64,000 nt of DNA from Octopus sinensis (Eukaryota), in assembly GCF_006345805.1 (NCBI RefSeq), contig NC_043012.1, positions 32,488,001 through 32,552,000 of the forward strand. Direction: 5' to 3'. A program made the translations under genes and the position numbers. Below the pieces are notes generated by a model. The model did not search any database. It was not told where the DNA came from and saw only the letters and a program-made list of their open reading frames with translations. Positions 12,270 through 24,098 of this stretch are shown piece by piece (positions within the stretch are counted from its first letter, which is position 1; each line of letters opens with the position of its first letter).

Positions 12270-12920
12270 CTAATACATAATTCCAGATTAAATCCGACAA
12301 TAGCCTTGGGAGTGGATTTGGTAGGCAGAAACTGAAAGAAGCCTGTTGTGTTTAAGAAGTACACGCGTGTGTGTGTGCGCACGTGCATGCACATACATGT
12401 GGGTGTTTATTGCATCCTCCATGTGGCATTGCATGATGGCTGTGTAAATGGGGGCAACATTCATACAAGTGATATCGTTCGTTTCCAATCTTCCATGGAA
12501 ACTTGTCCAGTCACGAGGAAATACTACCTTATTGGAAAATAAGTGGGGTTGCGGGACAGGAAGGGCAGCCAGCTGTAGAAAATTTACCTTAACAAATTCC
12601 ATCTGACCCCTGCAAGCTAAGAAAAGCTGATGTTAAAATGATAATGGTGGTGAAGAGGATGTGTGTGTGTGTGTGTGTGTGTGTGTTAAGAAGCTTTCTT
12701 CGCAACCACAGGGTCCCTGGTTCAGTCCCACTGCATGGCACTTTGGACAAGTGTCTTCTACTATAACCCCAGGCTGACCAAAGCCTTGTGAGTGAATTCG
12801 GCAGACGGAGACTGAAAGAAGCCTGTCATATATGTATGTATATATTTATGTGTCTGTGTTGCTTCCCCACCATTGCTTGGCAACCGATGTTGGTGTGTTT
12901 ATGCCCCTGTAACTTAGCAT
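12270..12920 (+). mobile_element. Two adjacent SINE copies (a variant with an RTE-like tail, then family C)
   Basis: GTGGATTTGGTAGGCAGAAACTGAAAGAAGCC head segment, an AGGAAGGGCAGCCAGCTGTAGAAA RTE-like tail near 12560-12640, and a second CORE-like copy from ~12686. Confidence 0.6.
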
Positions 12921-13044
12921 AGGTATTTTTTAATGAAATTTTATACAAATACCTTTCAAATGGCATAGATTATGATTACAAAGAAATTTTTAGGCAAAAT
13001 TTTTGGAAGGGGGACAGGGTAGGAGTGTCTAGAAAACAGAGTAG

Positions 13045-13848
13045 TGGTCTCTGAGGAAGCTAGGGATCAATGAACAGATTGTGAAATCAGTACAGGTCAT
13101 GTACAGTGGTACTGTTAGTAAGGTAAGAGTTGGCCATGAGTACAGTGATGAATTTAGTGTATAGGTAGGTGTCCACCAAGGGTCAGTCCTCATCCCCTTC
13201 CTATTCATCATCATCCTCTAGGCTATAACAGAGGAATTTAAGCATGGAAGCCCATGGGAACTACTATATGCCTATGATTTTGCCTTCATAGCAGAATCTG
13301 TAACAATATTATTAGAGAAGTAATTCCAGGTGTGGAAACAGAACCTGAAATCAAAGGGTCTTGAAGTAAACTTAGCAAAGACCAAGGTTCTAGTAAGCAA
13401 GAAATCAGGCAGGACCCTTCTTACTCTTCTGGTAAGTGGCCCTACTCGATATGTAGGAAGGATGTAGGTAGAAATTCCATTTGGTGTACCCAGTGCAAAT
13501 TAGAAACACACAAGAGGTGCAGTGGAATAGTAGGAAGGTTGCTGCAGAAGAATAAGGACAGTTGCATAAATAAGTGCCAATCACTTAAATTGGAGGGAAG
13601 TTGTAGAGGGAGACCCAGGAAGACATGGAACAAAGCATTGAAGGCCAATCGCAAGACACTGAATCTTATGAAGGAGAAGACAGGGAACTGAGATATGTTG
13701 CTCATTGCTGTACTTGTGAAGACCTGCCCACCACAACAGAATTGAGATCCTAAAACCAAGGCGATGCCTGCTGTACTCTTTTGCCACAACTTAATTTCCA
13801 TCCAACCCATGCTAGCATGGAAAACGGACGTTAAACGATGATGATGAT
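13045..13848 (+). mobile_element. RTE-clade LINE remnant (RT domain, internally deleted, with tail)
   Basis: Reads SLRKLGINEQIVKSVQVMYSG...VGVHQGSVLIPFLFIIIL*AITEEFKHGSPWELLYAYD (RT motifs QGS and YADD, decayed), then HKRCSGIVGRL, GRPRKTW and the family-B tail. Confidence 0.85.
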
Positions 13849-13914
13849 AGCACTTGTCAATGACCCTGAATTAGCCATCTGATAATAGTAAGCTATCAAT
13901 TGTAATTTTCTTTT

Positions 13915-14150
13915 AAGTGCAGCAATTGATATAGTTGATCACAACATCACATCCTTATTCCTTGTCTTCAATCACACTTTGGCTTTCACAATGTCTTGGG
14001 TATTTGCTTCTGATCTTCCCATACAGGAAAATGTCAGTTGTACATGTTGATGCCTCCTCTGAAAGATCAATGGTATTTCACTACAGGGTTCAGTACTTGA
14101 CCCTTTGCTGCATTCCTTATATATCACTTCATTATCAAATATCTTTTGTA
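13915..14150 (+). mobile_element. Decayed CR1/L2-group RT fragment
   Basis: SAAIDIVDHNI...LQGSVLDPLLHSLYI resembles LSAAFDTVDH...PQGSVLGPLLFSLY. Confidence 0.5.
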
Positions 14151-14263
14151 TCATCATCATCATCATCGTTTAATGTCCGCTTTCCATGCTAGCATGGGTT
14201 GGACGAATGACTTAGGGCTGGCGAACCAGATGGCTGCACCAGGATTCAATCTTGATCTGGCAG
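14151..14263 (-). mobile_element. RTE 3' tail fragment (family B)
   Basis: (CAT)n CGTTTAATGTCCGCTTTCCATGCTAGCATGGGTTGG. Confidence 0.8.
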
Positions 14264-14811
14264 TGAATCTTGCAAACCAAATCCCAAATTACATATAATT
14301 ATCTAATTATATGATGGCAGTAGATATGTCAGGACATACCCTCCAGGTATAGTGGAGTGGGGGAATATAGATGAAGTGATATAGAAGATTGGACTAAGTG
14401 ATTAGGTAGGGAAAGAACAGAGGGGAAACTTTCATAATGTGATAAGAGATAGTTAGATGGGATAGAGGTGACTGTGGTCCTAGTCCATACACCGAACCAG
14501 CATGGTCTTCTCTCTTGCACACTACATGCCTATCTTTACTTTTGATACACTAGGTTTAGAGTTTAGAGAGAGTGGCAGTAGATCACTTGACACAAGGTAA
14601 ATAACAGTTTTTATGATTTCACTTGTTAAACAAAATCTTAAAACACTAAGTATTTTGTATTAAGCAACAATTCAAAAGAGAAAGATTAAGGGGGGCATAA
14701 ATCCTCAATAATCTGGAATAATAAGAAAAAGACAAAAACGATGTGTACATACATTCTTAATACGCTCCTGCACTTGAATGTGAACATAGCATCTCATTAT
14801 TGGATCTCATC

Positions 14812-15575
14812 TAGGGCTCGCAAAAAAACGATAATTCCCAAAACCGAGTTCAAGTATAAGTAATTCTCAGAACCGGTTTTCGCGGGTACTACTTAAGAAG
14901 AGTGGTCCTGGTGCACGCACTCGCGCAAGCTAGTCGTGACTAGTCAATCCTTACTTTGTGTTTTTATGTTTTATTTACTTTGTTTTAAAAAAATTATTTA
15001 TTTTTTGTTTTATTTACTTTGCTAGGTAGTTGGTGTAGGATCGACTAGTCACAGCTAACTAGCGTGAGTACACGCACCGGGATCACTCTTCTTAAATAGT
15101 ACCCGAATTCTTTAGAGATTTCAAATCCATCTGTTACCATCTTGGGCTCTTCATTCATTTTCTTCATTGCGCTTGTGTATTCACGAATGAGTCCATTACC
15201 TTCATAAGTAGACGGGACAACAGTAACACTTGTTTTTAGGTTCCCTCCTATTTCATTTTCTTTGTATAATTCTGTTGTGTTCTCAGCATCATGTTCAGGA
15301 AATAATTTCCTATATGTTTGTTCAGCATACTTCCTTAAATGTTGTTTCGTTAAAAAATAGAAAAGGTCCAGAAATTGACTTACCTTTAAATTTCCTTGGG
15401 TTATGTAAATACCTCAAGAGAGTCAAGGTTTCGACATTTCTTCTCTTATTATATCTATGCATAAGTCTTTTGCGAAGATTTAGAGCCAAAGGGTTGCCGA
15501 CGATATTAAGTTTATTCAATAAAAATTCTATAGAATATTCCGCTTTCAGTAAACCCGTATCATCAGCGCCCAATG
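14812..15575 (-). mobile_element. Truncated hAT-like transposase remnant interrupted by a MITE
   Basis: Minus frames GADDTGLLKAEYSIEFLLNKL..LALNLRKRLMHRYNKRRN..LLRYLHNP and, after a frameshift, LTKQHLRKYAEQTYRKLFP..EISKE (~85 open codons). Putative TIR TAGGGCTCGC at 14812. Family assignment is from recalled similarity only. Confidence 0.5.
14883..15105. mobile_element. MITE with ~70-bp imperfect terminal inverted repeats
   Basis: CGGGTACTACTTAAGAAGAGTGGTCCTGGTGC..GTGACTAGTCAATCCT (14883-14952) pairs with AGGATCGACTAGTCAC..GCACCGGGATCACTCTTCTTAAATAGTACCCG (15037-15105) around a T-rich core. Confidence 0.8.
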
Positions 15576-15590
15576 CTTGGAAAGGTGTTC

Positions 15591-15920
15591 TTTACATGCC
15601 ACCAGCACGGGTGCACTTGGCTTGATGGGTCCTCTCAAGCACAGCACATCACCAAAGGTCTCAGTCACTAGTCATTGCTTCTGTGAGTCTCAAAGTTCAA
15701 ATCATGCTTCACCAACTCGTTCCATGTCTTCCTGGGCCAATCTCAACCACAGTTAGAGATTGGCACTTCTTTACACAGCTGACTTTGTCCACCTTCACTA
15801 CTAACTTGGTCACCTAGATAACAGAAGCTATCTACTACCTCTAGCTTGTCCCCCTGGCAGTTGATGGAGTCTATTTTCTGCCCATTTTTAGCATGTTGAT
15901 GGAGTCTAATATTTTCTTAA
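15591..15920 (-). mobile_element. RTE LINE fragment (ORF C-terminus)
   Basis: Reverse complement of the 6400-6700 element (CCCAGGAAGACATGG, GCATGATTTGAAC..). Confidence 0.6.
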
Positions 15921-16081
15921 CTTCTGTCAATCAGCATATTTGAATTTTGAAATAAATATCTAACACTATTTATTTCACATTATCACCTCTGCTTTTATTT
16001 TTTTCTTGCTCTAACCGTTTTTCTACATTATCGTTTAAGTGTTTTCTGCCAGTTAATAATGTGATAAAAAATATAATTTTA

Positions 16082-16294
16082 AAAATAATCCTATTTTTGA
16101 GTAGTGGATCTCAAAGCACACATAAAACTATAAATAATAACATGTAAATATGGAGTTGAAAAATTTTTTGGGAAAGAAAACGTCAAAGGCTGCACGTGAC
16201 TTTTACTACAGGAAAAGTTTTTCAAAGTATTTATATGTTGTTATTTATAGCTTGATATGTGCTTTGAGATTCACTATTCCGAAAAAGAATTATA
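16082..16294. repeat. AT-rich inverted repeat (MITE-like, ~70-bp arms)
   Basis: GTAGTGGATCTCAAAGCACACATAAAACTATAAATAATAACATGTAAATA versus TATTTATATGTTGTTATTTATAGCTTGATATGTGCTTTGAGATTCACTAT. Confidence 0.7.
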
Positions 16295-16349
16295 TCATAT
16301 TCTCTCAATAGTTTATAAAAATTCTTATAAAGTCAAAAGTTTCAGAATC

Positions 16350-18470
16350 TTTCCTAACAATTTTTTTACTTCTTTCGAATTTTATGCCTCTGGAGATGTG
16401 AACACTATACTTCAGAACATTCTGAATTCAATATGGGCGGCATGTGCAGCATCGGTATCACGCAAGCACAAAAAACCACCCAATAGTGCAATATGGGAGA
16501 CTGCAGCAGTCTGACTTGCCAGGAAAGAACACCGTAATACTGAACAGGAATACAAAATGCACAAATCAGAGATCAACAGGAAAAAGCGCAATAGATCAGC
16601 CAACCATCTCAAGCAGGTGACAAAAAAAGGCAGTGCTTGAATTCGAACAGTGCATAGCAACCAACCCTGACAGCAAAGTGTTCTGGAAGTATTTACATTC
16701 AAAGCAGAGACCTCACTCTCCAGTTGGTCCCCTTCACAATCCCCACACAGGGCAGATTACTGAATGTGCAGAAATCATTGCTTGATGCTATGCAGGCATC
16801 TTTATTGTCAAAGATCAAAATGTTCCATCTCCATCACCTCTAACACGGGACTCTATAACTACTATGAAATTTACACCAGCAATGCTATAATGCCACCTTA
16901 AGAATAGACTTAACTATGCCTCTCCTGGTCTCAATGGTATTACATACCTACTTCTCAAACACAATGGGTACTTTCTTCTGAACCAACTTTCATTATTCTT
17001 TCAATTCTGTCTTGACAATGGTGTTACTCCAGAGCAGTGGAAAACTGCCAATGTTATCCCTCTGTTCAAAAAAGGTGACCGCACATCGCCCCGTTAGTCT
17101 TACTAGCTGCATCGCCAAACTGATGGAATCCTGTGTCAGAGAAACTCTCTGGAAGTCTCACAGCCTCATCCAGCCGTCACAATTTGGTTTTATCCCTAAC
17201 TCATTGAGTTTCTTGAGGACATTACCTGAATCACTGATCGCGGATCCTGGGTGGATGTTGTTTACCTGGACTTTGCTAAGGCTTTTAATTCTGTGCCACA
17301 CAAAAGACTTATGGTGAAACTCTCTGCAATGGGCATAAGAGATGATCTCTATAACTGGTTGAAGTCCTTTATTATCAGCCAAAAAGAGGTTGTCACAGTT
17401 CTAGGACAGAACTCTTCACCCTATGAGATGACATCTGGTGTACCACAGGGATCTATTCTTGGCCCCCTTTTATTTGTTGCATATGTTAATGACATAGATG
17501 CCAACTTAAAGAATGCCACAGTGCTGAAATATGCAGATGACATCAAGCTGTACCTCAAAATAAAGAGGACAGATCCTGTACACTATAGATCTCTATTGCA
17601 ATCAAACCTGGACACAATGCAGCAATGGATCATGGACTGGCAACTCAAGCTGGCTGTGGACAAATGTACCACCATGCATTTTTACTCCCTCCACAACACT
17701 AATCTCAAAAAGTCTTCTTGTGAACGTGACCTAGGTGTTATTGTTGACAGCGATTTGCGTTGGACAAAACACATCTCTAAAATTGCCAAGAAGGCTGAGG
17801 GTGTCTTGGCATCACTCACCAAGTCCTTTGTGAGCCGCTCTCTGGCTATCTATCTGTGGCTTTATACAGCTATGGTACGACCTCACCTGGAATTTGCATC
17901 AGCGGTCTGGAACCCCTATCTTGCCCAGGATATTAATCGCCTGGAAGCCGTTTAGCGGCGTGCAACCAAAAGAATACCCTCCATCAGGTATTTGCCATAT
18001 TCTGAACGCCTTACTTCCCTGAGTATGGATACATTGAAACTCCAACGTCTGGCAGCTGACTTGGCAGACACCTATAAAATTATTAACCATTTTACAAACA
18101 GTAACTGAGCACCTTTTCAAATTCCACCCATCTAACACCCATGGACATGTTTACAAAGTCAGAAAACAGCACAGCTCCCACGACTTTAGGAAACATTTTT
18201 TCACACTAAGAGTTGCTGAAGCATGGAACAAACTGCCAGCATCAGTTGTTAGTTGTCGGAGCACTGCATCCTTCAAAACTTCCATGCTTCCTGAGATTTG
18301 CCAACACTACACCTGATTTTCTCGCCTCCATACACACGCAAGCATGTATCTGACTCATACACTGTTCGCTTTCCAGACATTTGTACATTACTGCATATAC
18401 TTTATACGCACTTTTGACAAGTTGTGGTGCACCTGAGCACTGTATACAATAATTTCATTATTATTATTAT
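16350..18470 (+). mobile_element. 5'-truncated CR1-group LINE with a frameshifted reverse transcriptase
   Basis: ORF 17251-17955 has DVVYLDFAKAFNSVPH, SGVPQGSILGPLLF, KYADDIKL and MVRPHLEFASAVWNPY. Upstream are RPVSLTSCIAKLME and QFGF; the 3' end is AATAATTTC(ATT)n. Confidence 0.92.
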
Positions 18471-18516
18471 AAAAATTCAGTATAACAAATTCCATAACAA
18501 TATTAATTGAATATAA

Positions 18517-18730
18517 GGTGGTGAACTGGCGGAATTGTTAGCACACCAGGTAAACTGCTTAGTGGTATTTCATCTGTTTTCACATTCTGAGTTCAAATTC
18601 CACCAAGGTCAACTTTACCTTTCATCTTTTTGATGATAAAATAAATGCTAGTTGAACACTGAGGTCTATTTAATTGACTTAGCCCCTCCCTCCCCAAAAC
18701 TAGCTGGCCTTATGCCTAAATTTGAATCCA
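18517..18730 (+). mobile_element. SINE family A, diverged
   Basis: GGTGGTGAACTGGCGG..GAGTTCAAATTCC..CCTTTCATC. Confidence 0.7.
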
Positions 18731-18954
18731 ATATTAATTGAACATCACAATTTCAAAAACTATTTAATTGATTGTATACCAAGATTTTAAAAGACACTGC
18801 TACAGAGGTTTCACTAAAAATATCAATGTTTGATGTCAAGTCAATAATTCATTTGATTTCTATCTAAAATAGAAACTTAGGAATTAAGTTGATGTCAGGT
18901 TTACCAACAAAGCTTCAACTCACAGCACAGCTTTCAATCATGAGTCAACACTCA

Positions 18955-19285
18955 CAACATCATCATCATCATCATCGTTTAACATCCGTTTTCCATGCTA
19001 GCACAGGTTGGACGGTTCAACCGGGGTCTGGGAAGCCAGGAGCCTGCACCAGGCTCCAGTCTGATCTGGCAGTGTTTCTACAGCTGGATGCCCTTCCTAA
19101 CGCCAACCACTCCGAGAGTGGAGTGGGTGCTTTTTACGTGCCACTGGCACAGGTGTCAGGGGAGGCTGGCAACAGCCATGATCGGTTGGTGCTTTTTACA
19201 TGCCACCGGCACAGAAGCCAGTCAAGGTGGCGCTGGCATCGGCCATGTTCGGATGGTGCTTTTTACGTGCGACTGGCACGGTCAT
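18955..19285 (-). mobile_element. RTE 3' end fragment (family B)
   Basis: (CAT)n tail and several GTGCTTTTTAC(A/G)TGCCAC modules. Confidence 0.85.
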
Positions 19286-19484
19286 GAATTAGTACTCACA
19301 GAACAGCTATGAATCACAAGTGAACACCCACAGACCAACTATTAGTCAGTCAGTGTACAGTATGTCAATCAGAAGCTACATTTTCAGCTTTATAAAACTG
19401 CAGCTACATAAAAATATATATAATAACCAGTGATTCAACACAAAGTAATTTGTAAAATTAAAGCAAAAGTATAACATTTTCATA

Positions 19485-19490
19485 TTTATT
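19485..19490 (-). terminator. Probable polyadenylation signal of MRPL24
   Basis: AATAAA on the minus strand ~47 nt after the TGA at 19537-19539. Confidence 0.55.
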
Positions 19491-19536
19491 TTAAGAAGAT
19501 CAAATATAAGTTTCCATCAACAAAATCAATTACTCT

Positions 19537-19673
19537 TCAATATCTATAAGTGGGAGCTCGCTTTCTATCGTCTTTAATACCATATTGTTGCATCAAATCT
19601 TCTTCAAAGGTCATCAATTTAGGTTGAAATGTAATTTTGGTTACAACGTCTTTGGTACAGTCCTTTGCAGTTT
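19537..19673 (-). CDS. MRPL24: Mitochondrial ribosomal protein uL24m, last coding exon
   Basis: Acceptor TTTTTTCTTTTACAG, then (E)TAKDCTKDVVTKITFQPKLMTFEEDLMQQYGIKDDRKRAPTYRY*. This matches the MRPL24 C-terminus pattern (KDT...ITFQPKL.TFE.D.M...GIKE.R....YWY). Phase matches the previous exon. Confidence 0.93.
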
Positions 19674-19695
19674 CTGTAAAAGAAAAAATAAACAT

Positions 19696-20325
19696 TACTA
19701 TTTGTAAATCTCACAATGAGAGACATTCAGCAACAGTACTTTGGAGTAAAGATTGTTTGCCAACATAACATGGCAGTCCTAGTTTAGGATGTAATTTAGC
19801 CCCAGGAAACATCGTCTCCAGCTGGCTATACGACATGATCTGTGTCCTATTTTCAAACAAGGGAATCTAGCACTCCCACTCAGCTCAAAACAATATCTGG
19901 GTTATTTCTGGGTTATTTCAATTCATCAGCACAGAATAATTGTTTGGCTAGAGGTGACGCTGCCAAATTCCAGTTCAAAATATATAGTTTTCAAAGTGAC
20001 AACTAGTCACTGATCTATAAATTAGAAAAGTACTGTTGCTGAATATTTCTCATGAGATTTAAAAATAGTAATTTTCTAATTTATAGATCAGTGACTAGCT
20101 GTCATTTTGAAAACTATATATTTCAAACTGGAATTTGGCAGCACAACCTCTAGCCGAACAATTATTCTGTGCTGATTAAGGGAAATAACCTGGAAATTGT
20201 GATATACAGATTTTGTTTTGAGCTGAGCAGGGGTGCTAGATTCCCTTGTTCGAAAATATAAGGACACAGATTGTGTTGTATACACAGATATTGTTATGAG
20301 CTGAGTGGGGGTGCTAGATTCTCTT
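19696..20325. repeat. Local inverted duplication (~200-bp fold-back) in the last MRPL24 intron
   Basis: ~19827-20029 is the reverse complement of ~20071-20282. The loop 20028-20070 is the reverse complement of 19696-19741. Confidence 0.85.
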
Positions 20326-20512
20326 GACCTGCTAGAGACACCAGCTAAATATCTGTGATTAGGACACATTGGAAAAAACGTAAGATAGTGACGGATGGAA
20401 TGTCTATAATCCTGATTCAGTTAAACTATGGCTGAGCAGAGGCTAAACAACATTAAGATTCACACAAGAGAATATTAAGAAGCCTGAATATTAATATTTA
20501 TAGGTCTTTGGT

Positions 20513-20748
20513 TTAACCCTTTAGCATTCAAACTGGCTATATCCTGCCTAAATATTCTAATAGTTTTATGCTAAAACTGGCCAGATCTGGTCTTTCACAC
20601 CTATCCTACAATGTCATTCTGAATGTGAGCAATCACATCATGAAAGTCTCTTAGCCACAAGAGATTTCCTTTTAGCATGATTAATTCAAAGTAATGTGAA
20701 TAAATAGGCATTGCATTTGAGAGAGTAATCTCAATGCTAAAGGGCCAA
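20513..20748. mobile_element. TTAA-flanked (piggyBac-like) MITE
   Basis: TTAA-CCCTTTAGCATT ... AATGCTAAAGGG-CCAA terminal inverted repeats. Same family as 1263-1709. Confidence 0.7.
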
Positions 20749-20849
20749 GAGTTTCAGAGGAATTATTTTTCCATTGGTCCATTTTTCTTCTTTTTTTTTT
20801 CGTTCTCTTGAATGATAATCAGGGAACGCTTGTTAAATAAGATACATAC

Positions 20850-20992
20850 CTTTATAATCAACTTTGACAACACCATCCTCAGGATCTTCATTCCGTGCTA
20901 TACGAGACAATGGAATTATCCGACCAGTCCTTTCAGACACTCGAACTTGGTCTCCTTCTTCAGTATACCGCCACAGCACTTTGGTAGGTTTC
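20850..20992 (-). CDS. MRPL24: MRPL24 internal coding exon (143 nt)
   Basis: TTTGCAG|...|GTATGT. Encodes KPTKVLWRYTEEGDQVRVSERTGRIIPLS..DGVVKVDYK (cf. human [28 protein letters not shown]). Confidence 0.95.
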
Positions 20993-21057
20993 CTGCAAAT
21001 TCAGAGAACTTTTAAACAACTGGACAACATAAATAAATAAAATCATTCTTACAACTC

Positions 21058-21222
21058 TTTTTTTACTCTTTTACTTGTTTCAGTCATGTGACTGTGGCCA
21101 TGCTGGAGCACTGCCTTTAGTTGAGCAAATTGACCCCAGGACTTATCCTTTGTAAGCCTAGTACTTATTCTATCAGTCTCTTTTGCTGAACCATTGAGTT
21201 ACGAGCATGTAAACACACCAGC

Positions 21223-21253
<31 letters not shown>

Positions 21254-21415
21254 CATATATACGACGGGCTTCTTTCAGTTTCAGTCTACCAAATCCACTC
21301 ATAAGGCATTGGTTGACCTGAGGCTATAGTAGAAGACACTTGCCCAAGGTGCCACACAGTGGGACTGAATCCGGAACCATGTGGTTTGTAAGCAAGCTAC
21401 TTACCACACAGCCTA
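21058..21415 (-). mobile_element. SINE family C (CORE-like), near full length, with internal (TA)n
   Basis: Tail TTTTACTCTTTTACTTGTTTCAGTCATG.., internal (TA)n, head ..CACTTGCCCAAGGTGCCAC..GGAACCATGTGG..CTTACCACACAGCC. Confidence 0.85.
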
Positions 21416-21670
21416 TCCTGCACCACTCCTGTTCACATATTTCAAATGTAAGACTACAGGATGAACCAAATGAGAACTTAAACTGAAGAAACACTAAAAA
21501 AAAAAATGTCTATACAGGACAATAATAATGATCCCCAATGTAACACAATAAGTATTTCACACAAAAATATTTAATGAAGAGGAATTCCTCAACATTATTA
21601 TCACATCATTTTAGTTTCCAAGATTGGTGGTTAGAATGGAACATATTTTGAATCTGTGCTTGCCAACCTT

Positions 21671-21897
21671 GCGAGCTGGCAGAAACGATGCACACCAGGC
21701 GAAATGCTTAGCGGTATTGGGTCTGCCATTACGTTGTGAGTTCAAATTCTACCAAGGTCGACTTTACCTTTCATCCTTTTGGGGTCGATAAATTAAGTAC
21801 CAGTTACGCACTGGGGTCGATGTAATCGACTTAATACCTATGTCTGTCCTTGTTTGTCCCCTCTATGTTTAGCCCCTTGTGGGTAATAAAGAAATAG
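21671..21897 (+). mobile_element. SINE family A, full length
   Basis: GCGAGCTGGCAGAAACG..GAGTTCAAATTC..GGGGTCGATAAATTAAGTACCAG..GGGTAATAAAGAAATA. Confidence 0.88.
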
Positions 21898-22148
21898 GTA
21901 GTCAAAGATACAAGTGCTAAGTGTAATATATCAGAAATGCAAACAGTTTTGCTTTGTAGAATATTAAATGCCAAAGTATTTAGTGTTGAAATATATTCTA
22001 GTTTTGATGCAGAAATCTAAACATTTGATCTTGAATTTGGAAGGTTTTCTTATGCCTTTTCCAAAGATTGTATGTTGTAGCATTTATGAAGAGGGCAACA
22101 TTTCTAAACTGCACTATTTAGAAGTTTAGATGAAGTGGTAAAATTTTC

Positions 22149-22640
22149 ATCACCATCATCGTTTAACGTCTGCTTTCCATGCTAGCATGGGTTGGACAAT
22201 TTTGACTGAGGGATGGCGAACCAGATGGCTGCACCAGGCTCCAATCTTGATCTGGTATAGTTTCTACAGCTGGATGCCCTTCCTAACGCCAACCACTCTG
22301 AGAGTGTAGTGGGTGCTTTTTACGTGCCACCGGCACGGGGGCCAGTCAGGCGGTACTAGCAATGACCTTGCTCGAATCTTTTTACACATGCCACCAGCAC
22401 AGGTGCCCGTGCCACGGGTACGGAAGCCAGTTGGCTGCTCTGGCAACGATCACGCTCGGATGGTGTTCTTGGCACCCTACTAGCACAGGCACAAGTGCCA
22501 GTAAGGCGACGCTAGTAACTATCATACTCGAATGGTACCCTTTTATGTGCCACTGGCATGGAAGCCGGTTAGCCGCTCTGTCAACAATCACACTCGTATG
22601 GTGCTCTTTGCACCTCACTAGCACGGATGCCAGAAAATTT
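22149..22640 (-). mobile_element. RTE 3' end (family B) with a long modular UTR
   Basis: (CAT)n tail, CCATGCTAGCATGGG and repeated UTR modules. Confidence 0.85.
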
Positions 22641-23451
22641 TATTTTCTAGAAATGTTTAGCTTTAGTACAGTTGTAGTTGCAAGATTTTCTAAAAAAAAA
22701 AAACTAAGCAAGAAATAGTATCTGTATGTGAAAAGTAAGAAAATAATCTTGAAGTGATGTCATCAGTAAGTAGATACAGGCATAAACCTGAAGGAGTGAG
22801 AAAAGGTCACTAAGTTCTATGGTTTACCATCAACACAAACTGAAATGGAGTGACACGAAAGAAAACTTCTACTCAAGATTTAAATACAGTCTGCTGCTGC
22901 CAAATGGCTTGAAGATTCTCAGACACCATTGGAAACTGGTGCTAGGGGAAACAACTTCGTTTCTCAAAAAATTCACTAGAACAAAAGACATGTAACAGAA
23001 TTAGCTTCCATTACATAAATTGCTTTTCTTTTTAATTTTTAGGCTATCTATTATTCATTCTTTCAATCCAATGATTCACAGAAGTGATTGGTCATTTGGT
23101 TTATCCTAAAGCAGTAACTAACTTCAAACTAGATTATATACCTTTTGAGATAATATGGTATTCAATGAATAAAGAGATGAATATGTTGTATACTTAGTCT
23201 TTTAGTGCTACACTCACTTCATGATTCAGTAGCTGGCATTAAAACACTATAATAATTCATACCAAGTATTTACTTTTACAGACCCAATCAGATGAGAGAG
23301 GAGTTTTGTCAAGAAAGTAAAACCAATGTATCCCCTAAGTTTTCACTAAGCTGAAAATAAACAGAATTTATCATGTTGACTTTGCTTATTTAATAAATTC
23401 AAACACAAATCCAACAGAAAATACGAGCAGTAGCAGCAGAAGATTACATAC

Positions 23452-23558
23452 TGGTCAGAGGGATCCACCAGGGATACTTCAGTCGTTACTAAAAGGGGCT
23501 GTTCTCTGCGGATTATACTTCCTGGGTTTTTTGCAGTTTTATACAGTTCTTCGTATTT
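23452..23558 (-). CDS. MRPL24: MRPL24 internal coding exon (107 nt)
   Basis: CTCTTTTTTATAG|...CA|GTATGT. Encodes KYEELYKTAKNPGSIIRREQPLLVTTEVSLVDPSD(Q) (cf. SEAPL...V.LVDP.D). Phases 0/2 fit the neighbours. Confidence 0.92.
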
Positions 23559-23644
23559 CTATAAAAAAGAGGACAAATATAAAAGAGATGATTATATAGA
23601 CACAGACACACATGATCGCATATACACAGACACATATATACACA

Positions 23645-23785
23645 GGATGGGCTTCTTTCAGTTTCCATTAACCAAATCCCCTCACAAAAGCTTTGGTTAG
23701 TTGAAAGCTACAGAAGACACTTGCCCAAGGTCCCATGCAGTGGGTTGAACATGAAATCACACAACCATACCTGTGCTCTACTACA
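23645..23785 (-). mobile_element. SINE family C, 5' part
   Basis: GGGCTTCTTTCAGTTTCC..GACACTTGCCCAAGG. Confidence 0.7.
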
Positions 23786-24098
23786 CCAGCACCTACTATA
23801 TATTGAAAAAAAAAACCCAATAAAAAGTGTGGGGGGAGGGCAGGAGAAATATGCACAAGGTAATTGGTATTAACATTTTAATTTATTAATGTATATATGG
23901 GATTGAATAAGTGCTGGCTAAGTTCATGTTAACTAATTAAGTGTCGGTTCATTCACTGGTGCAATACTATCTTCCTAACAGGTTATTTAACTTCACAATA
24001 AATAATATTTTGTTTATAAAAGCACAGCCAATTACTGTATAATTGACACTATTTTCATAGCCCTTGGGACTGAGCTTGGAAATATATATTATAATGTA

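Noticed and set aside
18889-19312. Recurrent ORFs containing HHHHHRLTSVFHAS..LQSDLAVFLQLDALPNANHS
   Set aside because: Antisense translations of the RTE 3' tail, repeated at many positions; not a gene family.
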